Source: a bacterium
GTDB lineage: Bacteria > Actinomycetota > Acidimicrobiia > Spongiisociales > UBA5794
Direction: 5' to 3'
NCBI GenBank assembly: GCA_024228555.1
Contig: JAAETI010000355.1
Location: forward strand, 3,602-67,601
Length of the DNA stretch: 64,000 nt
Shown here: piece after piece, positions 19,801 through 32,706 of the stretch
Layout: each line of letters opens with the position of its first letter
Numbering within the stretch: the first letter of the stretch is position 1
Position numbers and translations under genes: made by a program
The notes under the pieces: model-generated
The model's database searches: none
Seen by the model: the letters and a program-made list of their open reading frames with translations, nothing else
What the model was told of the DNA's origin: nothing

Positions 19801-20972
19801 GATCCACCTCCATCAGGGGCCGGGGGCGGCCCGGTGTCGGGCGGATCCGGTGCTTCCTTTTCGGGCTCAGCGGCCGGTTCTTCTACGACCGCCGGCTGCC
19901 GCTCGAGGAGGCGGCGACGGAAGCCCTCTGTCGAGACTACGAAGACGACGACGAGGCCGTTGAGCGCAAGAATCAGGGCAGCCGGCACCTGCACAGCACG
20001 TTGCAGGGCGTTGCCGCCGACCAGCAATCCACCGAACAGGAATGAGGCGGGGATGGTCCACAACGGATGCAGCGCACCAAATAGTGCAGCGACGATTCCG
20101 TTAAAACCCGCACTTCCGGTGAAGCCGGCGGTGGAGCCGTCAGTGACCATGCGGTGGCTCTCGCTACCGAAGACGAGCACCGCCCCGGCGAGCCCGGCCA
20201 TGGCACCGCTCATCGTGAGGGCAAGCACGATCGTCCGCTTGACCGGAATGCCGGCGTAGCGGGAAGCGTCGGTGTTTTGCCCGACTGCCCGAACCCGATA
20301 ACCAAGCGGTGTCCGCCACAGAAGGATATACGCCGCGATAGCGGCGGCGATGGCGAGCAGCGGCCCAATGTGAAGACGGTCGGAACCAAAGAGGAATGGG
20401 AGGTCGGCCGCCTCCGGTAGGCGCTCTGTCTGCGGGATCCGGGTGCCTCGCTCGATCTCTGCCGGATCGATCAGCGGTCCGCGCAGCAAGTAGTTCATGA
20501 ACTGCACTGCCACCACGTTGAGCATGATCGTGCTCAGGATTTCGTTGACTCCGTAGTAGGCCTTGAGTGCACCTGGGATTGCCCCCCAGATAGCGCCACC
20601 AATCAGGCCTGCGATGAGAACCGCGGGAAGCATGATCGCCGCAGGGACGTCGGGCATGTTGAGCGCAACAATCGTGGACAGGAGGGCGCCCATAACCATT
20701 TGCCCTTCACCACCGATGTTGATGACGTTGGCGCGGAAGGCGATAGTGATACCGACACCGACGAAGAGAAGTGGTGTCGCCTTCAGCAGTGTTGCAGTGA
20801 GGGCCTTACCCGAGCCAAAGGCTCCGTCGAACATCGCTTTGACCCCTTCGACGGGGCTGGCATCAAGAGCGATGAGCATGAGCGCACCGAGGACCAAGGC
20901 GGCGAGAACCGAAGCAATTGGGACGCTGTAGGCGAGGAGTCGGCGCCCGCTAATCCCTCCCTGAGACGTCAC
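19797..20972 (-). CDS. ABC transporter permease
   Basis: ATPLLF.G, NIGGEGQ, NEILSTIMLN, GYRVRAVG.N..ASRYAG, GFNGIVAALFG; GTG start with AGAGGAG RBS (alternative ATG at 21005). Confidence 0.92.
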   Translation of the reverse strand: MTSQGGISGRRLLAYSVPIASVLAALVLGALMLIALDASPVEGVKAMFDGAFGSGKALTATLLKATPLLFVGVGITIAFRANVINIGGEGQMVMGALLSTIVALNMPDVPAAIMLPAVLIAGLIGGAIWGAIPGALKAYYGVNEILSTIMLNVVAVQFMNYLLRGPLIDPAEIERGTRIPQTERLPEAADLPFLFGSDRLHIGPLLAIAAAIAAYILLWRTPLGYRVRAVGQNTDASRYAGIPVKRTIVLALTMSGAMAGLAGAVLVFGSESHRMVTDGSTAGFTGSAGFNGIVAALFGALHPLWTIPASFLFGGLLVGGNALQRAVQVPAALILALNGLVVVFVVSTEGFRRRLLERQPAVVEEPAAEPEKEAPDPPDTGPPPAPDGGGS

Positions 20973-21023
20973 TCGCTCGACTCCTCTCGAAGTTTCAGGC
21001 CACATGACTGCGGCGTTTGCGTA

Positions 21024-21052
21024 AGGCTGCTATTTGCTTTACGAATTGTCAA
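21024..21052 (-). promoter_or_regulatory. Putative sigma-70 promoter of ABC operon 1 with overlapping palindromic operator
   Basis: Minus strand TTGACA (21052-21047), 17-nt spacer, CAGCCT; plus strand TTTAC-GAATT-GTCAA at 21038-21052. Confidence 0.6.
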
Positions 21053-21086
21053 TTCGGACGGTCTAGATCTTGCGATTTCGACGACG

Positions 21087-21449
21087 CTAGTCCTTGATGG
21101 CGTTTAGGTAGTTGTAGATCGTGATTCGGCTCACATCCATGGCGTCCGCCACGTACTCGATCGACTTGCGCAGCAGGAAGGCGCCTTGCTCGTCGAGCAT
21201 GCGGACTGCGACTTGCTTGCCGACACGGTCGAGATCCGCCAGTGGCGCTCCCAGTTCCATCTCGATGCGCGAGACAAGAAGCTCGAGTGCATGTGACAGC
21301 GGGGGAAGCCGAATTGCTCCGACCACTTCACCCTCCCAGGAGATCGGGATGTCGCTGCTCTCGATGGCGGGTGCCTCTACGGCGTCGCCGCCGATTGCAT
21401 CGAGCAGAGGTTGCAGTGCTTCGAGCAACTGCTTGCTTGTTTCATCCAT
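21087..21449 (-). CDS. HTH_22 (YheO-like C-terminal) DNA-binding protein
   Basis: K..AVRMLDEQGAFLLRKSIEYVADAMDVSRITIYNYL. Confidence 0.88.
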   Translation of the reverse strand: MDETSKQLLEALQPLLDAIGGDAVEAPAIESSDIPISWEGEVVGAIRLPPLSHALELLVSRIEMELGAPLADLDRVGKQVAVRMLDEQGAFLLRKSIEYVADAMDVSRITIYNYLNAIKD

Positions 21450-21687
21450 CGCGAGTAATTACCTGGATGGATACACGGGAAGCGCCGGCATCGTTGGCCG
21501 CATCGAGCAGCCCTTTGACTGCTTCGATTACGTGTTCGGTATCACCTTCGATGGTCGTACCGAACGGTCCGATTTCTGGCTCAAACCCGTGGACCCGCAC
21601 GGCCTCGACCGCGGCGATGACGTGCGGGCCAGGATTGCCGACCTCGAAAGGCTCGACCAGGAATTCGGCGCTGCAGATGGACGGCAC
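21442..21687 (-). CDS. Thiamine-binding-protein-like (DUF77/YkoF fold) small protein
   Basis: AEFLVEPF..G.PGPHV.AA......G..PEIGPFGTTIEG.....A..AGASRVSIQV; GTG with GAGGAG RBS; overlaps the HTH gene start. Confidence 0.75.
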   Translation of the reverse strand: MPSICSAEFLVEPFEVGNPGPHVIAAVEAVRVHGFEPEIGPFGTTIEGDTEHVIEAVKGLLDAANDAGASRVSIQVITRDG

Positions 21688-21782
21688 GACGCTCCTCTCA
21701 GATGACGCCACTCTAACCCTCATATCTGCAAGGTCGTCTTCCTTGCGGCGTGGGCCAGCCCGTGCGGCGCCGCACAACAGAT

Positions 21783-21811
21783 TTGACAAAAAGTAAAGCC
21801 TCTAAGATGAT
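21783..21811 (+). promoter_or_regulatory. Putative promoter of xdh-ssnA-ygfK with overlapping palindromic operator
   Basis: TTGACA at 21783-21788, 17-nt spacer, GATGAT; TTGAC-AAAAA-GTAAA at 21783-21797; strong RBS GAGGAGGAGG before ATG 21842. Confidence 0.6.
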
Positions 21812-21841
21812 CAAGAATGCTTTTATTGAGGAGGAGGTGCG

Positions 21842-24421
21842 ATGTCTGAAACCACGTCTTTCTCTGTTAACGGACGTGACGTCCAGGTGCGGAGCGATCA
21901 TCCCCATCTGCTGTCAGCTTTGCGCGAAGAAGTAGGGGTTACGTCACCAAAGGACGGTTGCTCCCCTTCGGGTCAATGTGGTGCATGCACTGTATTGCTG
22001 GACGGCAAGGCAATCCAGAGTTGTCTCGTCAATATGGAGAAGGCCTCGGGCAAGACCGTCACAACGCTCGAGGGCTTTGATCCTGACGAACGTGACCGTC
22101 TTTCAAAGGTCTTTGCAGTAACCGGCGCCTTGCAGTGCGGTTTCTGTACTCCCGGCATCTTGGTTCGCACCAAGGCGCTGTTTGATCAGAAAGGCCCGGC
22201 TGGGGTCACTTCGCAGGTGGCCGCGGGTCGCCTCGGTGCGCACCTCTGCCGTTGCACCGGGTACACCAAGATTCTCGAAGCCGTTGAGATGTTGGCAACG
22301 GGCAATATCCCCGAACCGGCCACCCCGCAGCGGATCGGCGATAACGGTGCCAAGTACGAAGGCGTCGAACTGGCGCTCGGTGATCGTGGTTATGTCGACG
22401 ACATGTACCCGGATGGGATGTTGCACGGGGCATTGCGGATGACGGATCACTCCCGCGCTGACATCATCAAGATCGACACATCTGCTGCTGAGGCAGCCGA
22501 AGGTGTCGTCGGTGTGTTCACCGGAGCTGATGTTCCCGGCGAACTCAAGGTGGGGATCATCTACACCGACTGGCCGGTCTTCATCCCCGAGGACGGCCGT
22601 ACCTCGTACTACGGCGATGTCCTGGCCATCGTTGTGGCGGAGACCAAGGCACAAGCGCGCGCCGCCGCCGAGCTTGTCGAGGTTGAGTACAACGTGCTGA
22701 AGCCATTTGCCGATGCGAAGTCGGCTTTGGCTTCTGACGAGGACGCGGTGTGGGGTCTCGACGGCAACGTTCTGTCGACCTCCAAGTACAAGAGGGGAGA
22801 TGTTGACGAAGCGCTCGCGGGTTCTGCACATACCCTGCACGAGGTGTTCAAGACACAGCGCGTCGAGCATGCATTCCTGGAGCCTGAGTCGACGCTTGCT
22901 GTGCCCGACGGCAACGGCAATCTCATGGTCTACTCCGGCGGTCAAGGTGTGTGGGATGATCGCAACCAGATCGCCTCGCTCCTCGGTATCGAGCAGAGCG
23001 CGGTAACGGTCGAACTTGTTTCCAACGGCGGTGCCTTCGGTGGCAAAGAGGACATGTCGAACCAGGGGCAGACGGCTCTTGCCGCCCATCTGCTCGGGCG
23101 ACCGGTCAAGTGCACTCTGTCTCGCGAGGAGTCATTCCGCATTCACGCCAAGCGGCACCCGATCGAGATCGAGGTCTGGGCGGGTTGCGATGCTGACGGC
23201 AAGCTAACCGGTCTTCGGTCGCGGATGATTGGCGATTCCGGCCCGTACGCTTCCGTCGGGATGAAGGTGTTGGAGCGTGCCGCCGGTCACATGTGCGGCC
23301 CGTATGTGTGGGAGACCGTCGATGTCGAAGCGATCGCGGTCCGCACCAACAACCCGGTGTGTGGCGCCTTCCGTGGCTTTGGTGCCAACCAGGCTCAGTT
23401 TGCGATGGAAGGGATCATGGATCGTCTTGCCAGTGCCGTCGGGATCAGCGGGTGGGAAATGCGTTCCCGCAACGTCATCAGCCCCGGGGTGGTGTGGGGT
23501 CCCGGTCAGATCATGGACGACGGCAGCCGTGGCGCCAGGGAATGTCTTGATGCAGTCAAGCCTGCGTACGACCAAGCGCGCGCCGATGGCAAGGCTGTCG
23601 GTATAGGGCTTGGCCTCAAGAACTCGGGTCTTGGCAACGGCTTCCTGGAGATCTCCAAGGCTGTCGTTCGATTTGAGGATGATGGGACTGTCGAGGTGCG
23701 GCATTGCTGGACCGAGATGGGTCAAGGTGTGCACACGGTCGCCCTCCAGGTAGCTGCGGAAGAGCTCAATATCGATGCCGACCGCATCCGGGTTGTGGTT
23801 GACACCACCCGGGAACTCGGAGCGGGACAGACCACAGGTTCCCGTGGCACTTTGATGGTTGCCGGCGGTGTCGCCGACGCGTGCCGGGTTGCCAATGAGC
23901 ACAACCAGGCGCCTGGGGTTGATTATGAAGGCGAGTATCGGGTCGATTGGACCAACGCTCTCGAAGAGGAAGTGGAGAATCCAATTCTGCACTCGGCATT
24001 CGGGTATGCATGTCAGGTCGTTGTCGCCGACAAGGGCACCGGCAAGTTCGACAAGGTGATCGCGGCTCACGACGTGGGCCGCGCCGTCAACCCGATGCTG
24101 GTCGTCGGTCAGGTCGAAGGCGCCGTGCACATGGGTCTTGGATATGCCCTCACTGAGGAGTTCCCGACCGACGACGATGCTCGGCCCACAAACTGGACCT
24201 TGCGTAGCCTGGGGATCCTGCGGGCGAAGGACATGCCGGAGGTGGAAACCATCCTCGTTGAGGTCCCGCAACCTCGTGCTCCCTATGGTGTCAAAGGTGT
24301 CGGAGAAATCGGACTGGTGCCAACTGCAGGCGCGGTTGCCGGAGCCTTCTATGAGGTCGATGGCAAGCGCCGCACTCAGGTGCCGTTCAACATTCATCAG
24401 CCTCTGGAGGTAGCGAAGTGA
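21842..24421 (+). CDS. xdh: Selenium-dependent xanthine dehydrogenase-type molybdenum hydroxylase (2Fe-2S + Mo domains fused)
   Basis: GCSPSGQCGAC..C and QCGFCTPG..CRCTGY Fe-S motifs, HAFLEPE, GGAFGGKEDM, GAFRGFG..Q, KGVGEIG; adjacent ssnA/ygfK, with yqeB/yqeC nearby. Confidence 0.88.
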   Translation: MSETTSFSVNGRDVQVRSDHPHLLSALREEVGVTSPKDGCSPSGQCGACTVLLDGKAIQSCLVNMEKASGKTVTTLEGFDPDERDRLSKVFAVTGALQCGFCTPGILVRTKALFDQKGPAGVTSQVAAGRLGAHLCRCTGYTKILEAVEMLATGNIPEPATPQRIGDNGAKYEGVELALGDRGYVDDMYPDGMLHGALRMTDHSRADIIKIDTSAAEAAEGVVGVFTGADVPGELKVGIIYTDWPVFIPEDGRTSYYGDVLAIVVAETKAQARAAAELVEVEYNVLKPFADAKSALASDEDAVWGLDGNVLSTSKYKRGDVDEALAGSAHTLHEVFKTQRVEHAFLEPESTLAVPDGNGNLMVYSGGQGVWDDRNQIASLLGIEQSAVTVELVSNGGAFGGKEDMSNQGQTALAAHLLGRPVKCTLSREESFRIHAKRHPIEIEVWAGCDADGKLTGLRSRMIGDSGPYASVGMKVLERAAGHMCGPYVWETVDVEAIAVRTNNPVCGAFRGFGANQAQFAMEGIMDRLASAVGISGWEMRSRNVISPGVVWGPGQIMDDGSRGARECLDAVKPAYDQARADGKAVGIGLGLKNSGLGNGFLEISKAVVRFEDDGTVEVRHCWTEMGQGVHTVALQVAAEELNIDADRIRVVVDTTRELGAGQTTGSRGTLMVAGGVADACRVANEHNQAPGVDYEGEYRVDWTNALEEEVENPILHSAFGYACQVVVADKGTGKFDKVIAAHDVGRAVNPMLVVGQVEGAVHMGLGYALTEEFPTDDDARPTNWTLRSLGILRAKDMPEVETILVEVPQPRAPYGVKGVGEIGLVPTAGAVAGAFYEVDGKRRTQVPFNIHQPLEVAK

Positions 24422-25440
24422 CCACCACAACACCCGGGCTTGTTTGCGCCCACCACCACCTGTACTCGGAGCTGGCAAGAGGAATGCCGGCACCGCCTGC
24501 GGTCGCGACCAACTTTCAGGAGATCCTGGAGCAGGTTTGGTGGCGGCTCGACCGTGCTCTCGACTTGGACATGCTCTATGCATCGGCCCGTCTCGGTGCG
24601 CTCGAAGCTCTCGAATCGGGTACGACTGCCATCGTCGATCACAACGAAAGCCCGAACGCTATCGAGGGCTCGCTGTCTGTTCTTGCGGACGCATGTGAGG
24701 AAGTCGGGGTGAGGCTGCTTACCGCATATGGCGTCAGCGACCGTAATGGGCCCGATCAGGTGAAGCGCGGTCTCGCCGAGAACGAGCGGTTTATCAAAGG
24801 TGGCGGAAAAGCGTTGGTCGGTATCCACGCCGCGTTCACCTGTACCGATGAGTCGCTGGAAGCCGCGGCGGGGCTCGCCAAGGATCTGGGCGTAGGAGTT
24901 CATATCCACGTTTGCGAAGGCATCGGCGATATCGATGCACCAAAGCGGCTCGAAGGTCTAACCGAGGACAACTGGCTCATCAGCCACTGTGTCCACCTTC
25001 CGACGGATCACAACCTCAAGGGCACGATCCTGCACAACCCGCGATCGAATCTAAACAATGGTGTGGGCTACGCCGATCCTGCTCGGTTCGGCAACCCGGT
25101 TGCACTGGGCACCGATGGTATCGGCGCCAACATGATCGAGTCGTTCCGGTTGGCGTATGTGATGCAGCGCTCGGTCGATGTCACCGTTGGCCCCGACCCG
25201 GCGTGGTCATGGCTCGAAGAGGGCTGGAATATCGTGCCCGAGGCACGCAACGACGAGGTCACTTGGTCATACGATCCGATGGACCCCTGGCACATCGCGT
25301 TCACGCCCGGCATCCACCCGCTCGAGGTCAAGGTCGACGGTGAAGTCGTCTTTGCCGGCGGCAAGCCGACGCGGGTCGATGGTGAGGAGATCCGCGCCAA
25401 GGCACGCGAGCAAGCCGCTCGACTGCACGCCAAGCTATAG
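24418..25440 (+). CDS. ssnA: SsnA-like amidohydrolase
   Basis: PGLVCAHHHLYS.LARG, F.EILEQVWWRLDRALD, GTT.IVDH, GIHAAFT, HIHVCEG, HNPRSN.NN.VG, LGTDG. Confidence 0.82.
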   Translation: MTTTTPGLVCAHHHLYSELARGMPAPPAVATNFQEILEQVWWRLDRALDLDMLYASARLGALEALESGTTAIVDHNESPNAIEGSLSVLADACEEVGVRLLTAYGVSDRNGPDQVKRGLAENERFIKGGGKALVGIHAAFTCTDESLEAAAGLAKDLGVGVHIHVCEGIGDIDAPKRLEGLTEDNWLISHCVHLPTDHNLKGTILHNPRSNLNNGVGYADPARFGNPVALGTDGIGANMIESFRLAYVMQRSVDVTVGPDPAWSWLEEGWNIVPEARNDEVTWSYDPMDPWHIAFTPGIHPLEVKVDGEVVFAGGKPTRVDGEEIRAKAREQAARLHAKL

Positions 25441-25522
25441 ATCTCACAGACAATTGAAAGAGGAGCCCATCACGGGCCACGCAAGTGGTGCCATGGTGGA
25501 CTGAGGCTGAGAGGAGCCGCGC

Positions 25523-29095
<3,573 letters not shown>

Positions 29096-29121
29096 CTAGC
29101 ACTGTCGCCGAATCTGGAGCG

Positions 29122-29151
29122 GAAGCCAGGGGAGGGAATTCCCCTGGCTTC
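29122..29151 (+). terminator. Hairpin after ygfK
   Basis: gaagccagggga-N6-tcccctggcttc 12-bp stem. Confidence 0.65.
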
Positions 29152-29427
29152 GCTAATCGCCGTACGGGTCTATGGGCTGCTAGGTGCGGGTAGCAGCAGG
29201 CCGCCTGTCCATTTCAGGTTTCGGTCGCGGAGATCGCCTTGCGTCTGCTCAGCGGGCAAACCCCACGAGATTATGCGGTTGATGCGCTGCGTATGCCGAA
29301 CGGTGAAGGGCAGGTCGCGCATCGTCGTGGTCTCCATGAGTCCAGACCAACTGGGCCGGATACTCGCTAGGCCGAGGGCGAACTACAAGGAGGGAACCGT
29401 GGGCACTCTCGCATTGCAGGAGCACAC

Positions 29428-29529
29428 CTAGAGGGCCAGGGTCACCAGCGGGGCGATGAGACCGATGGCGATGACGGCGCCAACGACCGCACCGAGAAGT
29501 TGAGATTCGCCTCTGCTTCTTTCGGTCAT
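29428..29529 (-). CDS. 33-aa single-TM small protein
   Basis: MTERSRGESQLLGAVVGAVIAIGLIAPLVTLAL* preceded by AGGAGCAGGA RBS-like sequence; too short for the ORF track. Confidence 0.55.
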   Translation of the reverse strand: MTERSRGESQLLGAVVGAVIAIGLIAPLVTLAL

Positions 29530-29658
29530 ACTCGTTCCTGCTCCTCGATCTTGCTGAGACCATGTGCGACATGGTGGATCTGCTATTCAGACACTAGTCT
29601 GCGCCACACTAGGACGAAATGCCGACCAGTTTGTGTCGCCGGAATGCGGTGGTGAGTA

Positions 29659-30141
29659 GTGACAACCGATACCAAGAACGACGTACCCAACAGCGAATCT
29701 GAGGGTGAGGACGAGAAGTCCTTCTTTGCTCGCGGCGTCCTGCTGGGTCTCTTCGGCGGCGCTCTTGCCGCGATTCTGGTGATCAGCATCTTCGCATCGG
29801 TTCTTTCGTTGGTCGACGACGTTTTTGGGTCTTCCACCGCGGCGGTGGCCGATTCCAACGAGCCTCCTACCGGTGAAGCCTCGCTCATCGCCACCGGTGA
29901 GGACCTGGCTACGACCAAAGGTTGCGTTGGGTGCCACTCGACCGACGGGCTGGACGGTGTCGGGCCGACATGGAGTGGTCTTGGGGCCACCACCGATGAC
30001 GACTACATCCGGCTCTCCATCACCGACCCCAATGCGGATATCGCGGCAGGGTTTGCGCCCGACTTGATGCCGGCGATTTATGCCGACACGCTGAGCAGCG
30101 ACGACCTTGACGCCCTTGTTGCCTACATCGGGTCTCTCTAG
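29659..30141 (+). CDS. Membrane-anchored monoheme cytochrome c
   Basis: N-terminal TM, CVGCH heme motif, VGPTW.GL, YIRLSITDP, distal MP, LVAYI.SL. Confidence 0.9.
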   Translation: MTTDTKNDVPNSESEGEDEKSFFARGVLLGLFGGALAAILVISIFASVLSLVDDVFGSSTAAVADSNEPPTGEASLIATGEDLATTKGCVGCHSTDGLDGVGPTWSGLGATTDDDYIRLSITDPNADIAAGFAPDLMPAIYADTLSSDDLDALVAYIGSL

Positions 30142-30145
30142 TCGC

Positions 30146-30586
30146 TCAATTGACCTGCTCCAAGCCTGCAATCTGCACAAACGCATGCAGGCCCATGTCC
30201 TGGGTGTCGTCGAAGCCCATCGCTCGATAGAACCGATGTTGCGAAGTCATATCGTCCGTTAACAGGACCTTCTGCCGAACATGCAAAAACCTGTCTAGGC
30301 AATTCTGCACAAGCAGCCGACCAACTCCACGGTGCTGCCAATCAGGACGCACTAGGACGTCCTGCAGATAGAAAATCGAGACATCGTCGGACAGGCCCCG
30401 GGAGAGGCCGATGAGTTCGGCACCGTTGCGGGCGGTTACGACATGAGTGGAGTTGGCTATCGCGTCGGCTAGAGCGGTGCGGTCTCTGGTGTAGGCGGTC
30501 CAGCCGACAGAGCCGTAGAGGTCATGCAACTCGTCGGCATCAAGAGTCGTCGCTACCTCGATGACCATTTCTGTGTGCGCATCCAT
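30146..30586 (-). CDS. GNAT-family N-acetyltransferase
   Basis: LYGSVGW, YLQDVLVRPDWQHRGVG, FYRAMGF. Confidence 0.9.
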   Translation of the reverse strand: MDAHTEMVIEVATTLDADELHDLYGSVGWTAYTRDRTALADAIANSTHVVTARNGAELIGLSRGLSDDVSIFYLQDVLVRPDWQHRGVGRLLVQNCLDRFLHVRQKVLLTDDMTSQHRFYRAMGFDDTQDMGLHAFVQIAGLEQVN

Positions 30587-30633
30587 CTGCCCTGCCTCTC
30601 GCTAGCTTGGCATGAAGTATCCCTCATGACGGC

Positions 30634-31821
30634 CTAGCCCGATCCAACAACGAGCGAGACGCCACCTTCATCCAGGATTGTTTCGGCGCGTTCAGTGATC
30701 GTGCCGTCGTGCACCCTGTGATAGAGATTCTCGCCGGGGCAGGACGTTGCCGCGTGATCGCGGTGACCCGAGATGGTGTCGATGGGCACGTCAAAGGTTG
30801 TGGATGCCCAGGCGACCATCTGTGCCAGAGTCTCGAGTTGCTGTGGTGAAGGGATGTCAGAGTTGTAGTCTCCCTCGACGACGATGAGGAAGTGCCCGTG
30901 CGGGTCGTATTCCGTTGCGGTGTCTCCGGCAGCCCAATCCGGTCGACCTTCGAAGACCGTGCCGTCCCTTCCGACGATGAAATGGTAGGCGACGTCCGGC
31001 CATCCAAGAGACTGGTGCCAGCCTTGCCAGATGCGATATAGCGCCGGCCCCGTCGTGCTGGTGGTGTCGTCGCTGTGGTGGATGGTTATCTGCTGGATCG
31101 AATGTGGGCGCAGGCCGTCTGCCGCCGGCTTTGCCCCCCAACTCTCGCGGGAGACCACGTCGACGGTGTAGGGATGGGGTAGAACCTCGATCTCTTCCAG
31201 ATCGAGGGCGCGAGCGACGAACGTTGCCATCTCGGCTCGGGTGACGGCGCTGGTCGGGCAGAACCGGTCGTTGCTTGGCGGGTTGCAGCCATTGGTGATT
31301 CCGGCCGCACGCAGCTTCTCAATGTCTGCCTCGAACAGAGACTCGTTGTCGTCAACGAAGCTGTCCGCGGTGGCTTCCACCAGACCGAGGCCTCTGCTGA
31401 GGAACGCCGCCATCTGTTCCCTACTCACGGCTTCGTTGGGACAGAATCGTGTATTGGCAGGCGGATTGCATCCGACAGTGATCTGAGCGGCAGCAAGTCG
31501 ATCGATGTCGTCGGCGAATATCGACGTTGTGGTGTCCGTGAATCCGGCCGCCGCGGCGCTCGGCAACTCGAGAGCCCGAACCAGGAATGCAGCCATTTCG
31601 CCGCGAGTCACAGAGTTGGTGGGGCAGAAGCGGGTGTTCAACGGAGGATTGCAGCCCTGAGTAATGCCGGAGGCCGCGATTGCCTCGATGGACCCTTCGT
31701 GGATGCTGGTGTCATCGTCAGCAAACGTCCCGCCAGGCGAGGTATCGGCTACCCCAATCGCGAGTGGGCTCAGCGCGGTAAGGATCATGGCCGTAGCGGT
31801 GAATCGGATGAGGGTACGCAC
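30634..31821 (-). CDS. Secreted N-acetylmuramoyl-L-alanine amidase (Amidase_2/PGRP-like) with three SLH-like repeats
   Basis: Signal peptide; three F.D...S..E..I..LA..IT.GCNPP.N.RFCP...V.R..MA.F..R.L units; ITIHHS, GWPDVAYHF, VFEGR, GHRD...TSCPG. Confidence 0.9.
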   Translation of the reverse strand: MRTLIRFTATAMILTALSPLAIGVADTSPGGTFADDDTSIHEGSIEAIAASGITQGCNPPLNTRFCPTNSVTRGEMAAFLVRALELPSAAAAGFTDTTTSIFADDIDRLAAAQITVGCNPPANTRFCPNEAVSREQMAAFLSRGLGLVEATADSFVDDNESLFEADIEKLRAAGITNGCNPPSNDRFCPTSAVTRAEMATFVARALDLEEIEVLPHPYTVDVVSRESWGAKPAADGLRPHSIQQITIHHSDDTTSTTGPALYRIWQGWHQSLGWPDVAYHFIVGRDGTVFEGRPDWAAGDTATEYDPHGHFLIVVEGDYNSDIPSPQQLETLAQMVAWASTTFDVPIDTISGHRDHAATSCPGENLYHRVHDGTITERAETILDEGGVSLVVGSG

Positions 31822-31923
31822 GGCGCTGATGGTAGGTCTTTGCCCGGATTGACGTTTTCTGGGTCGATGAGAACGCGAAAAACAGGCGTAAAGGTAGTCC
31901 CCGGAGCTGCCGATAATGGGGGG

Positions 31924-32706
31924 GTGACTCCAGAGGAACGCGCTGTCGAAGAGGCAAGCGCTCAGAAGGAATTCTCGATAGTCCGGAAGGGATACGACCC
32001 GGCCGAGGTGGATGCTCAGTTGGCCGAGTACGACGAAGCCCTATCCGAGCTCGAGGAGTATGTCGCGCGCCTAGGTCGAGAACTCCAGGATGCCCGGCGC
32101 GAAATCGCCCGCATGAAGGCAGCTGAGAAAGACGCCGTCGAGAAGGCAATGGCTGCCGTATTTGATGCAAAGGAACGCATCATCGATCGCGCCGTGGCCA
32201 AGGCGAAGGAGATCGAAAACCAGGCTCTCACCACGGCAGGCCGACCGACGGTTGAGCTTCCAGCTATCGCCATACCCGACCTGGTCGAAACACCATCGGC
32301 TTCCGCTGACTCTGCAACTGGCGTGGGACCAGACGATGTCCTCCAACAGATGCTCACCGAGGCAGCGACAATCCGCACCCGATTGGACCTTGGCCTCGCC
32401 GCCGCCTTTGACCAGATGGAGCAGATGCAGCAGGACGCCGAACAGCGCGCTTCGAGCATGCTGGATGAAGCCAAGCGGGAATCGGAGAGACTTCGTGCCA
32501 CCGCTGCGGTGACGGCCGCCGAGACGATCATCGAGGTCCAGTTGCCTGGTGAAGCGCCCCCGCCTCAGGACCGGCCCCGACAGTCCCGATATTCGCGCAA
32601 CTCAGCTGGCTTGCCGCGGATCGGGGAAGACGGAGAGGCGTCCGTCATCGAGACCATGAAGGGTCTCCGCACCAAGTTCCGCGAGAGCGAAGAAGCAGCT
32701 CGGTAG
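31924..32706 (+). CDS. DivIVA-domain coiled-coil protein
   Basis: KEFSIVRKGYDPAEVD motif followed by coiled-coil; GTG start chosen by inspection. Confidence 0.8.
   Translation: MTPEERAVEEASAQKEFSIVRKGYDPAEVDAQLAEYDEALSELEEYVARLGRELQDARREIARMKAAEKDAVEKAMAAVFDAKERIIDRAVAKAKEIENQALTTAGRPTVELPAIAIPDLVETPSASADSATGVGPDDVLQQMLTEAATIRTRLDLGLAAAFDQMEQMQQDAEQRASSMLDEAKRESERLRATAAVTAAETIIEVQLPGEAPPPQDRPRQSRYSRNSAGLPRIGEDGEASVIETMKGLRTKFRESEEAAR

Noticed and set aside
23204-24583. 459-aa ORF on - strand (and similar shadows at 22103-23089, 25880-26761, 44472-45485)
   Set aside because: Overlap well-supported genes on the opposite strand
29170-29337. 55-aa ORF on - strand (METTTMRDLPF...)
   Set aside because: No clear RBS or motif; may be a fragment but cannot be supported
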